IMG/VR virus record: IMGVR_UViG_3300049828_000132 | Location: 1-40,979 of that record | Length of the DNA stretch: 40,979 bases | Source of the DNA: a virus | Taxonomy: Duplodnaviria; Caudoviricetes | Direction: 5' to 3' (one strand) | Part shown: positions 1 to 9,876 of the stretch, piece by piece | Layout of the letters: each line of letters starts with the position of its first letter | Position numbering within the stretch: the stretch's first letter is position 1 | Translations under genes and position numbers: made by a program | The notes under the pieces: model-generated | The model's database searches: none | The model's input: the letters and a program-made list of their open reading frames with translations, nothing else | Told to the model about the DNA's origin: nothing

Positions 1-23
1 TTGCGCTCGACCTCGGGCATGTT

Positions 24-149
24 GCGCTGCGTTACGTGGTCAGCACCCCCGGCGCGCCCCGTGGCGGCCTGATGGCCGATGCCGGCGTCGCTGGTATGGC
101 CGGCGTGTCCGGTCTGCAACGCGCAAGCGCTGGCGTCGTGGGTGCCGTG
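24..149. repeat. Terminal direct repeat (126 nt, identical to 40854-40979); assembly overlap of a circular or circularly permuted genome
   Basis: gcgctgcgttacgtggtcagc...ggtgccgtg is identical at both contig ends, and the reading frame from ATG 40491 continues across the join. Confidence 0.95.
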
Positions 150-3100
150 CAGGCCCCGTTCGAGCTGGCCGCACCAGCGCTCGACCCGCTGGTCGGTCGC
201 ATCATCCCAGGCAACCCGCTGCGCGCAACCGCCGAGGGTCTGGCGCAGTACCGCCAGGGCATCGAGGCGACCGCCAAGGCCAACACCCCCAAGGGTGAGG
301 GCATCGTCGGCTCGGGCGTGATCTCGGGCGTGCAGTCGCTGGCGACCAACATCGCCAGCTTGCCGATGCTGCTGGCTGGTCCCGCCGGCCAGCGCGCTTA
401 CATGGCCCAGATGACGGCACCCGTGTTCGGCCAAGCCTACGGCGAGGCCCGCGACAAGAACGTGAGCCCGATCCAGGCGCTGTCCTTCGGTGTCTCGCAG
501 GCCGCCGTCGAGTACGCGACCGAGAAGCTGCCGCTGGCCAAGCTGGTCGGCGACCTGAAAGTCGGCGCGCCCCTCTACAAGGTCGTGGCCAATCAGCTCG
601 CGACCGAAATCCCCGGCGAGCAGCTCGCCACCGTGCTCCAGGACCTGAACGAGTGGGCGGTCCTGAACCCCGATAAGTCGTTCAAGAGCTACCTGGACGA
701 GCGCCCCAGTGCAGCCGCCCAGACCCTGATCGCCACGATGGTGGGCGTGGGTGGGCAGATCAGCGTGGTCAAGGGCCTCGAAACCCTGGTGTCGCTCAAC
801 GAGAAGCGCAGCATCGAGCAAGGTGGCAGCGAGGCCGCATCGAGCGCGGTCGTGCAGACCATCATGGAGAACGCGTTGCAGATGCGCCTGAAAGGCGTGC
901 AGGTCGAGATGGCCGAGCGCGATGCCCAGGCGATCACTCAGCTCACCGATCTGGTCAAGGGTAGCAAGCTCGCAAGCCGCGACCCGGTGGCCTTTGAGGC
1001 GTTCGTCAAGCAAGCCGCCCAGGACGGCCCGGTGCAGGACGTCTACATCAACGCGCAGACCTTTGCGCAGACCGCCCAGGCTGCCGGTATCACCGAGCAG
1101 CAACTGCCCGAGGGTGTGCGCACCCAACTGGCCGAGGCGCTCGCCACCGGCGGCGACGTGCGTATCTCCATCGAGGAGTTCGCAAGCCAGATCGCCCCGA
1201 CCCAATACGCGCAGTCGCTGATCGACCACATCAAGGTCGACCCGATGGGCATGAGCCGGGCCGAGGCCCAGGTGTTTATGCAGACCCAGGTCGAGGACAT
1301 GCAGGCCGACGTCGCCCGTGCGCTCGCCGAGCGCGACCAGGACGTGCAGTTCAAGACAAGCATCGACCAGGTGCGCACGTCGTTCACTGAGCAGCTCAAC
1401 ACGGCGAACCGATTTACCCCCGAGGTGAATTCGTCCTACGCCAACATGCTGGCCAACTTCTACGCCGTGACGGCGGCCAAGGCCGGCATGACGCCCGAGC
1501 AGCTCGTGCAACGCTACCCGCTGCGCGTACAGGCCGAGGGTGTTGCACCCGACGTCGCGGTCGCGCAGTACGACCAGGGTGACGTGCAGCCGACCGACCA
1601 GGTGGACGAGGCCACCGGCCTGCCGCTCAACTCCGACGGCACCGTGACCCTGTTCCATCACACGAGCGCGGACAAGGCCCAGGCCATCAAGGACTCGGGC
1701 ACGCTGCGCTCGGGTGGCGAGCCTGACGTTTATCTGACCACCCGCGAGCAGACCGACACCGGCTACGGCGACACCGTGGTGCGCGTGCGCATCGACCCAG
1801 CCAAGCTCACCCTCGACGACGAGTTTCCCGACGGACGCCAGGACTACCGCGTGAGCGTGGGCCGACCTGGCGGCGCACTGACCGACGCGACGTTCTTCCA
1901 GTCCAAGCTGGAGCAAATGCGCGCCCAGGCGCAGGCCGAGTACGACGCTGTGGTCGCCCAGTACCAAGGCACCGAGCAGTGGATGCGTGCGCCAAATGGC
2001 AACCCGACGAAACTGAACGAGCGCCAGTGGGTGCAGGTTCGCACGCCCGCGTTCAAGGCGTGGTTCGGCGATTGGGAAAAGTTTGCAGGCATGAAGGGTG
2101 GTGTCTGGAGCGATGCCAACAAAGAAGTCTCCAAAGTCGTCGACGAAAACGGCGAACCCCTGGTCGTCTATCACGGCACCGACACGGGTGGATTCACCCG
2201 ATTCTTCGACACCGGCGGGGAGCGACGCGGCGATCTGGGCATCTTCACGACCAGCAACCGTGCGATGGCGCAAACCTACGTCAAACGCGGACGCGCCAAA
2301 GACATCGACCTGGGTGAAGTCACCGACGAGGATGTCGAGGCCCCGCGACCTGCCGATGGTGTGTCGGGCATCTATGCGTCATTCGTGAACATTCGCGACG
2401 TGTACGAGTCAGACTTCGAGGGCGCGGCATGGAATGGTGAGCGCCCTGGTCAGTACCAGGTCAGAGCTGAAAACGGCGATCTGATTGAATCGGACTCTGG
2501 CAGCTACTACTTCGAGCTGTTTGATGACGCGAATCAGGCGGCTTTGGCAAACCCCGGTTCCGAGGTTGAGCCGGCCGATTCTCATTTTGAAACTACCGAC
2601 GAAGCGGTGCGCGAGGCACGCCGAAATGGTAACGACGGCGCGATCATCCGCCGAGTGATCGACGATGGCGGTGGTGCTGGCCCTTACGCTGGCGAACCGT
2701 CCGACGTGTTCGTTGCGTTCGACCCCGGCTCGATCAAGTCGGCCGACCAGAACATCGGCACGTTCGGGGCTGACACCGACAACATCCTGCTGCAAGGCAC
2801 CGGCAACCGTGGCCAGATCGCGTTCGGCCAGGACATCACCCAGGTGCCCAGCATCATCACGCTGCTCAAGGGTGCCGACCTGTCGACCTTCCTGCACGAG
2901 TCGGGCCACTTCTTCCTGGAGGTGCAGTTCGACCTGGCCAGCCGCATCGGCGGCGAGGCCCAGATATTCGGTGCCGAGTCCAACACCGCCGGCGAGCAGG
3001 CAGTGCTCAAGGACACCCAGGTGCTGCTCGACTGGTTCGGCGTGCAGACCATCGACGAGTGGTTCAACCTGCCGATGGAGCAAAAGCGCAGCTATCACGA

Positions 3101-6100
3101 GCAGTTCGCACGCGGGTTCGAGGCTTACCTGTTCGAGGGCAAGGCCCCGAGCATCGAGCTGCAAGGCATGTTCCAGCGCTTCCGCGCCTGGCTGCTGCGC
3201 GTCTACAAGGACCTCAAGGCCCTGAACGTCGAGCTCACCGACGAGGTGCGCGGCGTGATGGACAGGATGCTGGCCACGACCGAGCAGATCGAGCTGGCCG
3301 AGAAGGGCCGCTCGATGCTGCCTTTGTTCACCGCGCCCGAGCAGGCCGGCATGACGACCGAGGAGTTTGCCGCCTACCAGGACCTGGGCACCCAGGCCAC
3401 CCAGGATGCTGTCGAGGACTTGCAGGGCCGCACGCTGCGCGATATGCAGTGGATGCGCAACGCCCGAGGCCGCGAGGTCAAGCGCTTGCAAAAGCAGTCC
3501 GCTGCCCGACGTGCCGAGATGATGATCGAAGCCCGGCGCGAGATCATGTCGCAGCCGGTGTACCGCGCCTGGCAGTTCCTGACGGGCAAGCTGTCCGAGA
3601 ACGACAAGGCTGCCGTCGCCCCCGAGCCTGAGCGCAAGTCCGGCAAGGGCCCGCTGGACCCCGAGGTCGATTCGCTGTTCGTCGCCATCGCCAAGTTGGG
3701 CGGCCTGGACCGCAAGGCGGTCGAGTCGCAGTGGGGATGGGATGCGAAAGAGCGCAGCCCGATGCCGATCTTCGGCAAGTACCTGCTGCGCCGCGAGGAC
3801 GGCCTGAGCCTGGACGCGATGGGCGAGATGCTGGCCGAGTACGGCTACCTGCCCAAGGATGAGCACGGCAAATACGAGCCCCGCGACTTCGAGGACAAGT
3901 TCGACGCCGAGTACCGGGGCGACCCCCAGTATTCCCACGCCAAGGATTACGTCAACGCGATGGGCGAAAAGCGCGCCGGCGAGGACGCTGACATCGAGAA
4001 CCTGGGCGCAGGGCGCTTTGACCTGACCGCACTCAAGGACCTGAGCCTGCCCGAGGAAATCGTGCAGATCATGCAAAGCCTGAAGATGACGGCCAAGGAC
4101 GGGATTCACCCCGACCTGGTGGCCGAGTCCTTCGGGTTCACGTCCGGCGACGAGCTGGTGCGCACCCTGGCCATCGCCGAGGCACCCAAGGTCGCCATCG
4201 AGGGCTTGACCGACCAGAAGATGCTGGAGCGTTTTGGCGACCTGGCCACGCCCGAGGCCATCGAGCGCGCAGCCGACCAGGCGATCCACAACGACACCCG
4301 CGCCCGCTTCGTGGCCACCGAGCTCAACGCCCTGTCCAAGGCCATCGGCAAGCCCAAGGTCCTGGCCAGCGCCGCCCGCGAGTACGCCCGCGCCATGATC
4401 GACCGCCTGCTCGTGCGCAACGTGAAGCCGGCGCAGTACGCTGCCGCCGAGGTGCGCGCAGCCAAGGCTGCCGAGAAGTCCATGAAGGCCGGCGACACCG
4501 CCCAGGCTGCTGCCGAAAAGCGCAACCAGCTCATCAATACCTACGCGACGCGCGCCGCCCACGACGCCCTGACCGAGGTGGAAAAGGGTCTGCGCTACCT
4601 CAACAAGTTCAACACCGAGGGCACCCGCAAAGCCATCGACGTCGACTACCTGGACCAGATCGACGCAATCCTGGAGCGCTTTGACCTGCGCACTGGCCAG
4701 TCGCTCAAGTCCATCGACAAGCGCAAGGCCCTGAACAAGTGGCTCGCCGAGCAGGAGGACCTGGGCATCCAGGTCGAGCTGCCCGAGAAGATCGTGGCCG
4801 AGGCGTTCCGCCAGTCCTACAAGGACCTGACGGTCGAGGAAATGCGCGGCCTGGTGGAGTCAATCAAACAGATCGAACACCTCGGCCGGCTCAAGGAAAA
4901 GCTGCTGACCGCTGCCGACAACCGCCGGTTCGCCGACGTCGTGCGCATGATGGTTGACAGCATCGAGCAAAACGCCGGAGACAAGCGTGCCAACAACCGC
5001 ACCCGCGACACGCTGGGCAACCGCGCTGTCAACCTGTTTAAGGGCTTCGTGGCCAGCCACCGTAAAGTGGCCAGCCTGGCGCGCGAGCTGGACGGCTTCC
5101 AGGACGCAGGCCCAGTGTGGACCTACCTGATCCGCTCGATGAACGAGGCTGGCGACCAGGAGGCGACGATGCGCGCCGACGCGACCCGGCGCATCACCGA
5201 GCTGCTCAAACCGATCTTGGCCGAGGGCCGCATGGGTGGCAAAGGCCAGTTCTTCCCGAGCATCGCCGAGTCGATGAACCGGGGCGAGCAGCTCGTGATG
5301 GCCCTGAACATGGGCAACGCCGGCAACATGCAGCGACTGCTGGACGGTCGCGGCTGGACCTTCGAGCAGGTGGTGCCGGTGTTACAGAACCTGAGCGCAG
5401 CCGACTTGCGTTTCGTGCAGTCGGTGTGGGACTTCTTCGAGTCCTATCGCCCGCAGATCGCTGCCAAAGAGCGCCGCGTGATGGGTAAAGAGCCCAACTG
5501 GGTCGAGCCCCAGGCCATGACGATCACGACCAAGGACGGCGAGGAAATTACGCTGCGCGGTGGGTACTTCCCCATCGTGTACGACTCACGCGAGTCGGGC
5601 CGTGCCGAGCAGCAGGCCGATGCCGAGGCGGCCAAGCAAATGATGAAGGGCGCGTTCGTGGCCGCCACAACCCGGCGCTCGTTCACCAAGACCCGAGCCG
5701 AGGCCGTCAGCGGTCGCCCGCTGGTGCTGACCTGGGACGCGCTGTTCCGGGGCGTCAACGACGTGATTCACGACCTAGCCTGGCACGAGTGGGTGATCGA
5801 CGCAAACCGCATCGTCAAGAACGAATCGGTCGACAAGGCCATCCGCTCGACCTACGGTGCCGACGTGGTGCAGCAGTTCAAGGCGTCGATCCGCGACATC
5901 GCCGCCGGTGATGCGCCGAACATGGACGCCCTGAGCAAGGTCCTGACCCCGCTGCGCACGGGCGCTGCCGTCGCCGGTTTGGGCTTCAACTTGATGAACG
6001 CGATGCTCCAGCCCCTGGGCCTGACGCAATCCATCGTTCGCGTGGGTGCGAAGTGGGTTGCGATGGGCGCAGCCGAATGGGCCAAGTCGCCCGTCGGCCT

Positions 6101-6986
6101 GGTGCGCCAGGTGCATGAGAAGTCCGAGTTCATGCGCAACCGTGGCCGCACCCAGCAGCGCGAGCTCAACGAAATCCAGTCGGTGGTGCAGGGCAAGTCC
6201 GAAGTGCGCCAGAAGCTGGACGCCATGATGTTCGTGCCGATGCAGTCCTTGCAGCTCGTCGCCGATATGCCTACCTGGTGGGGTGCTTACCAGAAAGCCC
6301 TGGCCGAGGCCCCGGTGGACTTGGACCAGGATGTGGCCGAGGATCGCGCCGTCAAGCTCGCCGACCAGGCCGTGCTCGATGCGCAGTCCGGCGGGCAGGT
6401 CAAGGACCTGGCGCTGATCCAGCGCGGGGGCCCGATGCAAAAGCTGTTCACCGTGTTCTACGGGTATTTCAGCGCAGCCTACAACTTGGGCGTGGAGCGT
6501 GCCAAGGCGACCAACTACCGCAGCCCGCTGGAGGTCATGCACCTGGCTGGCGACTTCTTGCTGCTGTACTCGGTGCCGGCGGTGCTGGCCTCGCTCATCA
6601 AGTCGGCGCTGACGCCTGGCGGTGACGATGACGCCGAGGAGTTGGCCCGCAAGTTGATCGGCGAGCAAATCAGCTACCTGATGGGTCTGATGGTCGGCGT
6701 GCGCGAGATCACGGGTGCGGTGCAGTACGCCACCGGCACCAAGCAGTTCGACATGGCCTACGGTGGCCCGGCAGGTCTGCGCTTCTTCCAGGAGCTGGAC
6801 AAGTTGGGCAAGCAGGTCGGCCAGGGCGAGCTGGATCGGGCGCTGGCCAGGTCGGTCGTGAACGTGGGCGGCGTGCTGCTGCACCTGCCCAGCGGCCAGA
6901 TCAACCGCACCGTGGACGGCGTGATCGCGATGAGCGAGGGCAAGACCGACAACCCGGCGGCACTGCTGTTCGGCGTGGAGAAGTAA
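36..6986 (+). CDS. Giant internal virion/ejection protein (large polyvalent protein), C-terminal part; full gene starts at 40491 (~2441 aa); two ART-like domains and an HExxH motif
   Basis: 2316-codon ORF, last of three internal-virion genes before the tail fibre. Motifs: FHHT...VYLT (~1640-1890); RTPAFKAWFGDW...VYHGT...GIFTT...VFVAFDPGSIKS (~1980-2790); LHESGHF (2892-2912). Confidence 0.85.
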   Translation: MVSTPGAPRGGLMADAGVAGMAGVSGLQRASAGVVGAVQAPFELAAPALDPLVGRIIPGNPLRATAEGLAQYRQGIEATAKANTPKGEGIVGSGVISGVQSLATNIASLPMLLAGPAGQRAYMAQMTAPVFGQAYGEARDKNVSPIQALSFGVSQAAVEYATEKLPLAKLVGDLKVGAPLYKVVANQLATEIPGEQLATVLQDLNEWAVLNPDKSFKSYLDERPSAAAQTLIATMVGVGGQISVVKGLETLVSLNEKRSIEQGGSEAASSAVVQTIMENALQMRLKGVQVEMAERDAQAITQLTDLVKGSKLASRDPVAFEAFVKQAAQDGPVQDVYINAQTFAQTAQAAGITEQQLPEGVRTQLAEALATGGDVRISIEEFASQIAPTQYAQSLIDHIKVDPMGMSRAEAQVFMQTQVEDMQADVARALAERDQDVQFKTSIDQVRTSFTEQLNTANRFTPEVNSSYANMLANFYAVTAAKAGMTPEQLVQRYPLRVQAEGVAPDVAVAQYDQGDVQPTDQVDEATGLPLNSDGTVTLFHHTSADKAQAIKDSGTLRSGGEPDVYLTTREQTDTGYGDTVVRVRIDPAKLTLDDEFPDGRQDYRVSVGRPGGALTDATFFQSKLEQMRAQAQAEYDAVVAQYQGTEQWMRAPNGNPTKLNERQWVQVRTPAFKAWFGDWEKFAGMKGGVWSDANKEVSKVVDENGEPLVVYHGTDTGGFTRFFDTGGERRGDLGIFTTSNRAMAQTYVKRGRAKDIDLGEVTDEDVEAPRPADGVSGIYASFVNIRDVYESDFEGAAWNGERPGQYQVRAENGDLIESDSGSYYFELFDDANQAALANPGSEVEPADSHFETTDEAVREARRNGNDGAIIRRVIDDGGGAGPYAGEPSDVFVAFDPGSIKSADQNIGTFGADTDNILLQGTGNRGQIAFGQDITQVPSIITLLKGADLSTFLHESGHFFLEVQFDLASRIGGEAQIFGAESNTAGEQAVLKDTQVLLDWFGVQTIDEWFNLPMEQKRSYHEQFARGFEAYLFEGKAPSIELQGMFQRFRAWLLRVYKDLKALNVELTDEVRGVMDRMLATTEQIELAEKGRSMLPLFTAPEQAGMTTEEFAAYQDLGTQATQDAVEDLQGRTLRDMQWMRNARGREVKRLQKQSAARRAEMMIEARREIMSQPVYRAWQFLTGKLSENDKAAVAPEPERKSGKGPLDPEVDSLFVAIAKLGGLDRKAVESQWGWDAKERSPMPIFGKYLLRREDGLSLDAMGEMLAEYGYLPKDEHGKYEPRDFEDKFDAEYRGDPQYSHAKDYVNAMGEKRAGEDADIENLGAGRFDLTALKDLSLPEEIVQIMQSLKMTAKDGIHPDLVAESFGFTSGDELVRTLAIAEAPKVAIEGLTDQKMLERFGDLATPEAIERAADQAIHNDTRARFVATELNALSKAIGKPKVLASAAREYARAMIDRLLVRNVKPAQYAAAEVRAAKAAEKSMKAGDTAQAAAEKRNQLINTYATRAAHDALTEVEKGLRYLNKFNTEGTRKAIDVDYLDQIDAILERFDLRTGQSLKSIDKRKALNKWLAEQEDLGIQVELPEKIVAEAFRQSYKDLTVEEMRGLVESIKQIEHLGRLKEKLLTAADNRRFADVVRMMVDSIEQNAGDKRANNRTRDTLGNRAVNLFKGFVASHRKVASLARELDGFQDAGPVWTYLIRSMNEAGDQEATMRADATRRITELLKPILAEGRMGGKGQFFPSIAESMNRGEQLVMALNMGNAGNMQRLLDGRGWTFEQVVPVLQNLSAADLRFVQSVWDFFESYRPQIAAKERRVMGKEPNWVEPQAMTITTKDGEEITLRGGYFPIVYDSRESGRAEQQADAEAAKQMMKGAFVAATTRRSFTKTRAEAVSGRPLVLTWDALFRGVNDVIHDLAWHEWVIDANRIVKNESVDKAIRSTYGADVVQQFKASIRDIAAGDAPNMDALSKVLTPLRTGAAVAGLGFNLMNAMLQPLGLTQSIVRVGAKWVAMGAAEWAKSPVGLVRQVHEKSEFMRNRGRTQQRELNEIQSVVQGKSEVRQKLDAMMFVPMQSLQLVADMPTWWGAYQKALAEAPVDLDQDVAEDRAVKLADQAVLDAQSGGQVKDLALIQRGGPMQKLFTVFYGYFSAAYNLGVERAKATNYRSPLEVMHLAGDFLLLYSVPAVLASLIKSALTPGGDDDAEELARKLIGEQISYLMGLMVGVREITGAVQYATGTKQFDMAYGGPAGLRFFQELDKLGKQVGQGELDRALARSVVNVGGVLLHLPSGQINRTVDGVIAMSEGKTDNPAALLFGVEK

Positions 6987-6992
6987 GCGTTC

Positions 6993-7025
6993 GGTGCGCG
7001 TACCGGGTGCGCTGGCGTGGATCAT
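6993..7025 (+). promoter_or_regulatory. Putative late promoter GGTGCGCGTA-N17-GATCAT upstream of the tail fibre
   Basis: One of five identical 10-mers with fixed 17-nt spacing to a -10-like hexamer; overlapped by a 10-bp inverted repeat (7008-7017/7028-7037). Confidence 0.6.
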
Positions 7026-7052
7026 TCCGCCAGCGCATTAGGGGCCCCACCG

Positions 7053-9290
7053 ATGACAATTTCCTCTCAGACCCGCAAGGCCGGGCCGTTCATTGGCAAC
7101 GGCTCGACGACTGCTTTCCCGTTTACGTTCAAGGTTTTCGCGACCAGTGACGTCGTGGTGACACGCGCCAACACGGCCGGCACCGAAACCGTCTTGACAG
7201 CCGGCACGGACTACACCGTCAGCCTGAACGCAAACCAAAACTCAAACCCCGGCGGAACCGTTACCCTGGCGTCCGCCCTGGTCACGAACTTCAAACTGGT
7301 GCTCACCAGCGCCGTGCCGAACCTCCAGCCGGTGGACATCACCAACAACGGCGGGTTCTACCCCAAGGTCATCAACGACGCCCTGGATCGCGTGACGATC
7401 CTGGCCCAGCAGATCGCGCTCGACGCATCGCGCTCGGTGAAGGTGCCGATCACGTCGTCCGTCACCGGCGACGAGCTCACTGCCCAACTGTTCGACGCCC
7501 GCGACGATGCCGAGGCTGCTGCCTCCGCAGCCGCCAGCTCGCAGACTGCTGCCGCGAACTCGGCCACCAGCGCCGCCGGCAGTGCAACGACCGCCACGAC
7601 CAAGGCCGGCGAGGCGTCCACCAGTGCGACGAACGCTGCGAACTCGGCAACGAGCGCAGCCGGTAGCGCCACCAGCGCAGCCGGGTCGGCAACGACCGCC
7701 GGAAACAACGCGACGACGGCCACCAACAAGGCCACCGAGGCGGCATCGAGCGCCACCGCTGCTGCGGCCAGCGCAACGACCGCAGCCGGTCACGCAACGA
7801 CTGCCACCACCAAGGCCGGCGAGGCGTCCACGTCCGCTGCTGCCGCTGCTGGATCGCAGACCGCTGCCGCATCGAGCGCATCGAGCGCAGGTACGTCGGC
7901 GACCAACGCCTCGAACTCGGCCACCAGCGCCAGCAATAGCGCGACCAACGCTGCGAGCTCGGCCAGTGCTGCGTCCAGCAGTGCATCGGCTGCGGCATCC
8001 TCGGCAGCGTCGGCTGCGGCTGCGCTGGATTCGTTCGACGACCGCTACCTGGGCAGCAAGACCAGCGACCCGACGCTGGACAACGACGGCAACGCCCTGA
8101 TGACGGGTGCGCTGTACTACCGTTCGACCGCACCGATTGGCATGAAGGTCTACGACGGCGCGCAGTGGATCGAGGCGTCGGCCGCGCAGCAGGCCAGCCT
8201 GGTGACGTTCGAGTACGTCGCGACTGCGGGGCAGACGACTTTCTCGGGCAATGACGCCAACGGCGTGACCCTGAGCTACACCGTGGGCAATGTGCTGGTG
8301 TCGCTCAACGGTGTGCGCCTGCGCCCTGGCGACGACTTCACCGCCAGCAATGGCACAAGCATAGTGCTGCTGAGTGCTGCGACTGCCGGTGATGAGATGA
8401 TCGTCGATGCGCTTAAGACCTTCGACGTCGCGAACACGTACACCCAGGCTCAGGTAGATGCGGCGCTTGCTCTGAAGATAAACGCAACGAACCCGAGCTA
8501 CACCGGCACGCTGACCGGAGGCACTGGTGTCGTGAACTTCGGTTCCGGTCAGTTTTACAAGGACGCCAGCGGCAACATTTCGCTTGGTACGACTGCAATC
8601 GACGGGCGATTCTTTGTCGTTCGTAACGCGTCGTCCGCTGGCTGGGTTCTGCAAGGACAAACGAACGGTGTGGCAAACGCCTCCGGCCTCTACCAAGACG
8701 GTAGCAACAACATGGAGTTGGCTGCGCGGAGTGGCGCAGGGGCTCTAAACGTCCGCATCGGGTCAACTGGCGATAGCTGGTTAAACGGGGGTGCCGTCAT
8801 CTTTGGGGCCACTTCTTCGTCATACGGGTATAACGGTACGAATTCTTGGACTTTTAGTGGCTCACTCTCGGTCAGACAAGTCACGACCACGGCGGAAACA
8901 AACGCCATTGCCTTCAACAATCCGAACGGTCAGATTGGCTACATCAACACCCTAAGCAACTCGACGCTGTATTCAACCGTCTCGGACTATCGCTTGAAGG
9001 AGAACGTCCAGCCGATGCGCGGGGCACTCGCAAGAGTCGCGGCGCTCAAGCCTTGTACGTATACGTGGAAGTCGGATGGTTCCGCCTGCGAGGGTTTCAT
9101 CGCCCATGAACTTCAGGTAATTTGCCCCGGCGCCGTAAGCGGGCAAAAAGACGCGGTGAATGAAGATGGTTCGATTAAGCCACAGGGCATCGACACCAGC
9201 ATCTTGGTCGCCACGCTAACCGCCGCCATCCAAGAGCAGCAGGAAGTCATTGACCAACTCAAGGCCCGCCTGGATGCGGCAGGTCTGTAA
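7053..9290 (+). CDS. Tail fibre protein with Ala/Ser/Thr-rich stalk and C-terminal intramolecular chaperone (peptidase S74-like) domain
   Basis: N-terminus MTISSQTRKAGPFIGNGSTTAFPFTFKVF is typical of podophage fibre anchors; low-complexity ASSA repeats; SDYRLKENV...LKPCTYTWK...GFIAHELQ chaperone motif with coiled-coil end. Confidence 0.9.
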   Translation: MTISSQTRKAGPFIGNGSTTAFPFTFKVFATSDVVVTRANTAGTETVLTAGTDYTVSLNANQNSNPGGTVTLASALVTNFKLVLTSAVPNLQPVDITNNGGFYPKVINDALDRVTILAQQIALDASRSVKVPITSSVTGDELTAQLFDARDDAEAAASAAASSQTAAANSATSAAGSATTATTKAGEASTSATNAANSATSAAGSATSAAGSATTAGNNATTATNKATEAASSATAAAASATTAAGHATTATTKAGEASTSAAAAAGSQTAAASSASSAGTSATNASNSATSASNSATNAASSASAASSSASAAASSAASAAAALDSFDDRYLGSKTSDPTLDNDGNALMTGALYYRSTAPIGMKVYDGAQWIEASAAQQASLVTFEYVATAGQTTFSGNDANGVTLSYTVGNVLVSLNGVRLRPGDDFTASNGTSIVLLSAATAGDEMIVDALKTFDVANTYTQAQVDAALALKINATNPSYTGTLTGGTGVVNFGSGQFYKDASGNISLGTTAIDGRFFVVRNASSAGWVLQGQTNGVANASGLYQDGSNNMELAARSGAGALNVRIGSTGDSWLNGGAVIFGATSSSYGYNGTNSWTFSGSLSVRQVTTTAETNAIAFNNPNGQIGYINTLSNSTLYSTVSDYRLKENVQPMRGALARVAALKPCTYTWKSDGSACEGFIAHELQVICPGAVSGQKDAVNEDGSIKPQGIDTSILVATLTAAIQEQQEVIDQLKARLDAAGL

Positions 9291-9329
9291 TCAACACGCA
9301 GCACAGAGCTAGAAAGGACGGGCAGATGT

Positions 9330-9659
9330 TTGGGACGATCAAGAAAACTGGCGGGGCAGATATTTCAATCTGACTCGATGGAGGTATCCGTCGCCACGGC
9401 GACGCCGGTGACACTGTTCACACTACCCAGCGTTAACTTCGCGACCTACATTCTGTCGGTCGGCCTCAACTCCGGCGACACCGCGAACTACCACGATGTC
9501 GCGATCATCTGCACGCAAGGCTCGTCGGTGAGTATCACGACCCTCGTGAACTCGAACCTGGTGAGCATCACCAACACCGGCCTGGCCATCAAGGGCACGC
9601 AGTCCAGCGGCATCACATCAACTATTCAGGCGCGCTTGGCTTGCCTCAACCGGGAGTGA
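9330..9659 (+). CDS. Hypothetical beta-rich protein, possibly tail-fibre associated
   Basis: 109-aa ORF with TTG start and AAAGGA upstream, filling the gap between fibre and lysis genes; start uncertain. Confidence 0.55.
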   Translation: MGRSRKLAGQIFQSDSMEVSVATATPVTLFTLPSVNFATYILSVGLNSGDTANYHDVAIICTQGSSVSITTLVNSNLVSITNTGLAIKGTQSSGITSTIQARLACLNRE

Positions 9660-9662
9660 CGC

Positions 9663-9872
9663 ATGGAGCCAGGTGAAATCGACCCGGTGAAGTACGGCGT
9701 GCTCTGGGAGCGCGTGCAGAACATGGACAAGAAGATCGACAAGATGGAGTCACAGATCAGCGAGCTGCTGGAGCTGGCCAACAAGTCGAAGGGTGGGTTC
9801 TGGATGGGCATGACCATCGCGTCGGCCGCCGGCGGCTTCATCGGCTGGATCACGAGCCACTGGAAGGCGTAA
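9663..9872 (+). CDS. Small membrane protein, XhlA-like holin/antiholin candidate
   Basis: Coiled coil followed by one C-terminal hydrophobic helix (KGGFWMGMTIASAAGGFIGWI); directly upstream of the endolysin. Confidence 0.65.
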   Translation: MEPGEIDPVKYGVLWERVQNMDKKIDKMESQISELLELANKSKGGFWMGMTIASAAGGFIGWITSHWKA

Positions 9873-9876
9873 GCCG

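Noticed and set aside
2409-4562. 717-aa minus-strand ORF, and similar long antisense ORFs (5775-7025, 16142-18277, 36027-37793, 38083-40230)
   Set aside because: Antisense shadows of real genes caused by strong GC3 bias; V/L/G/A/H-rich with no motifs.
7500-8030. Imperfect repeats such as accaaggccggcgaggcgtccac in the tail fibre
   Set aside because: They encode the Ala/Ser/Thr stalk; there are no unique spacers (not CRISPR) and no adenine-specific variation (not a DGR).
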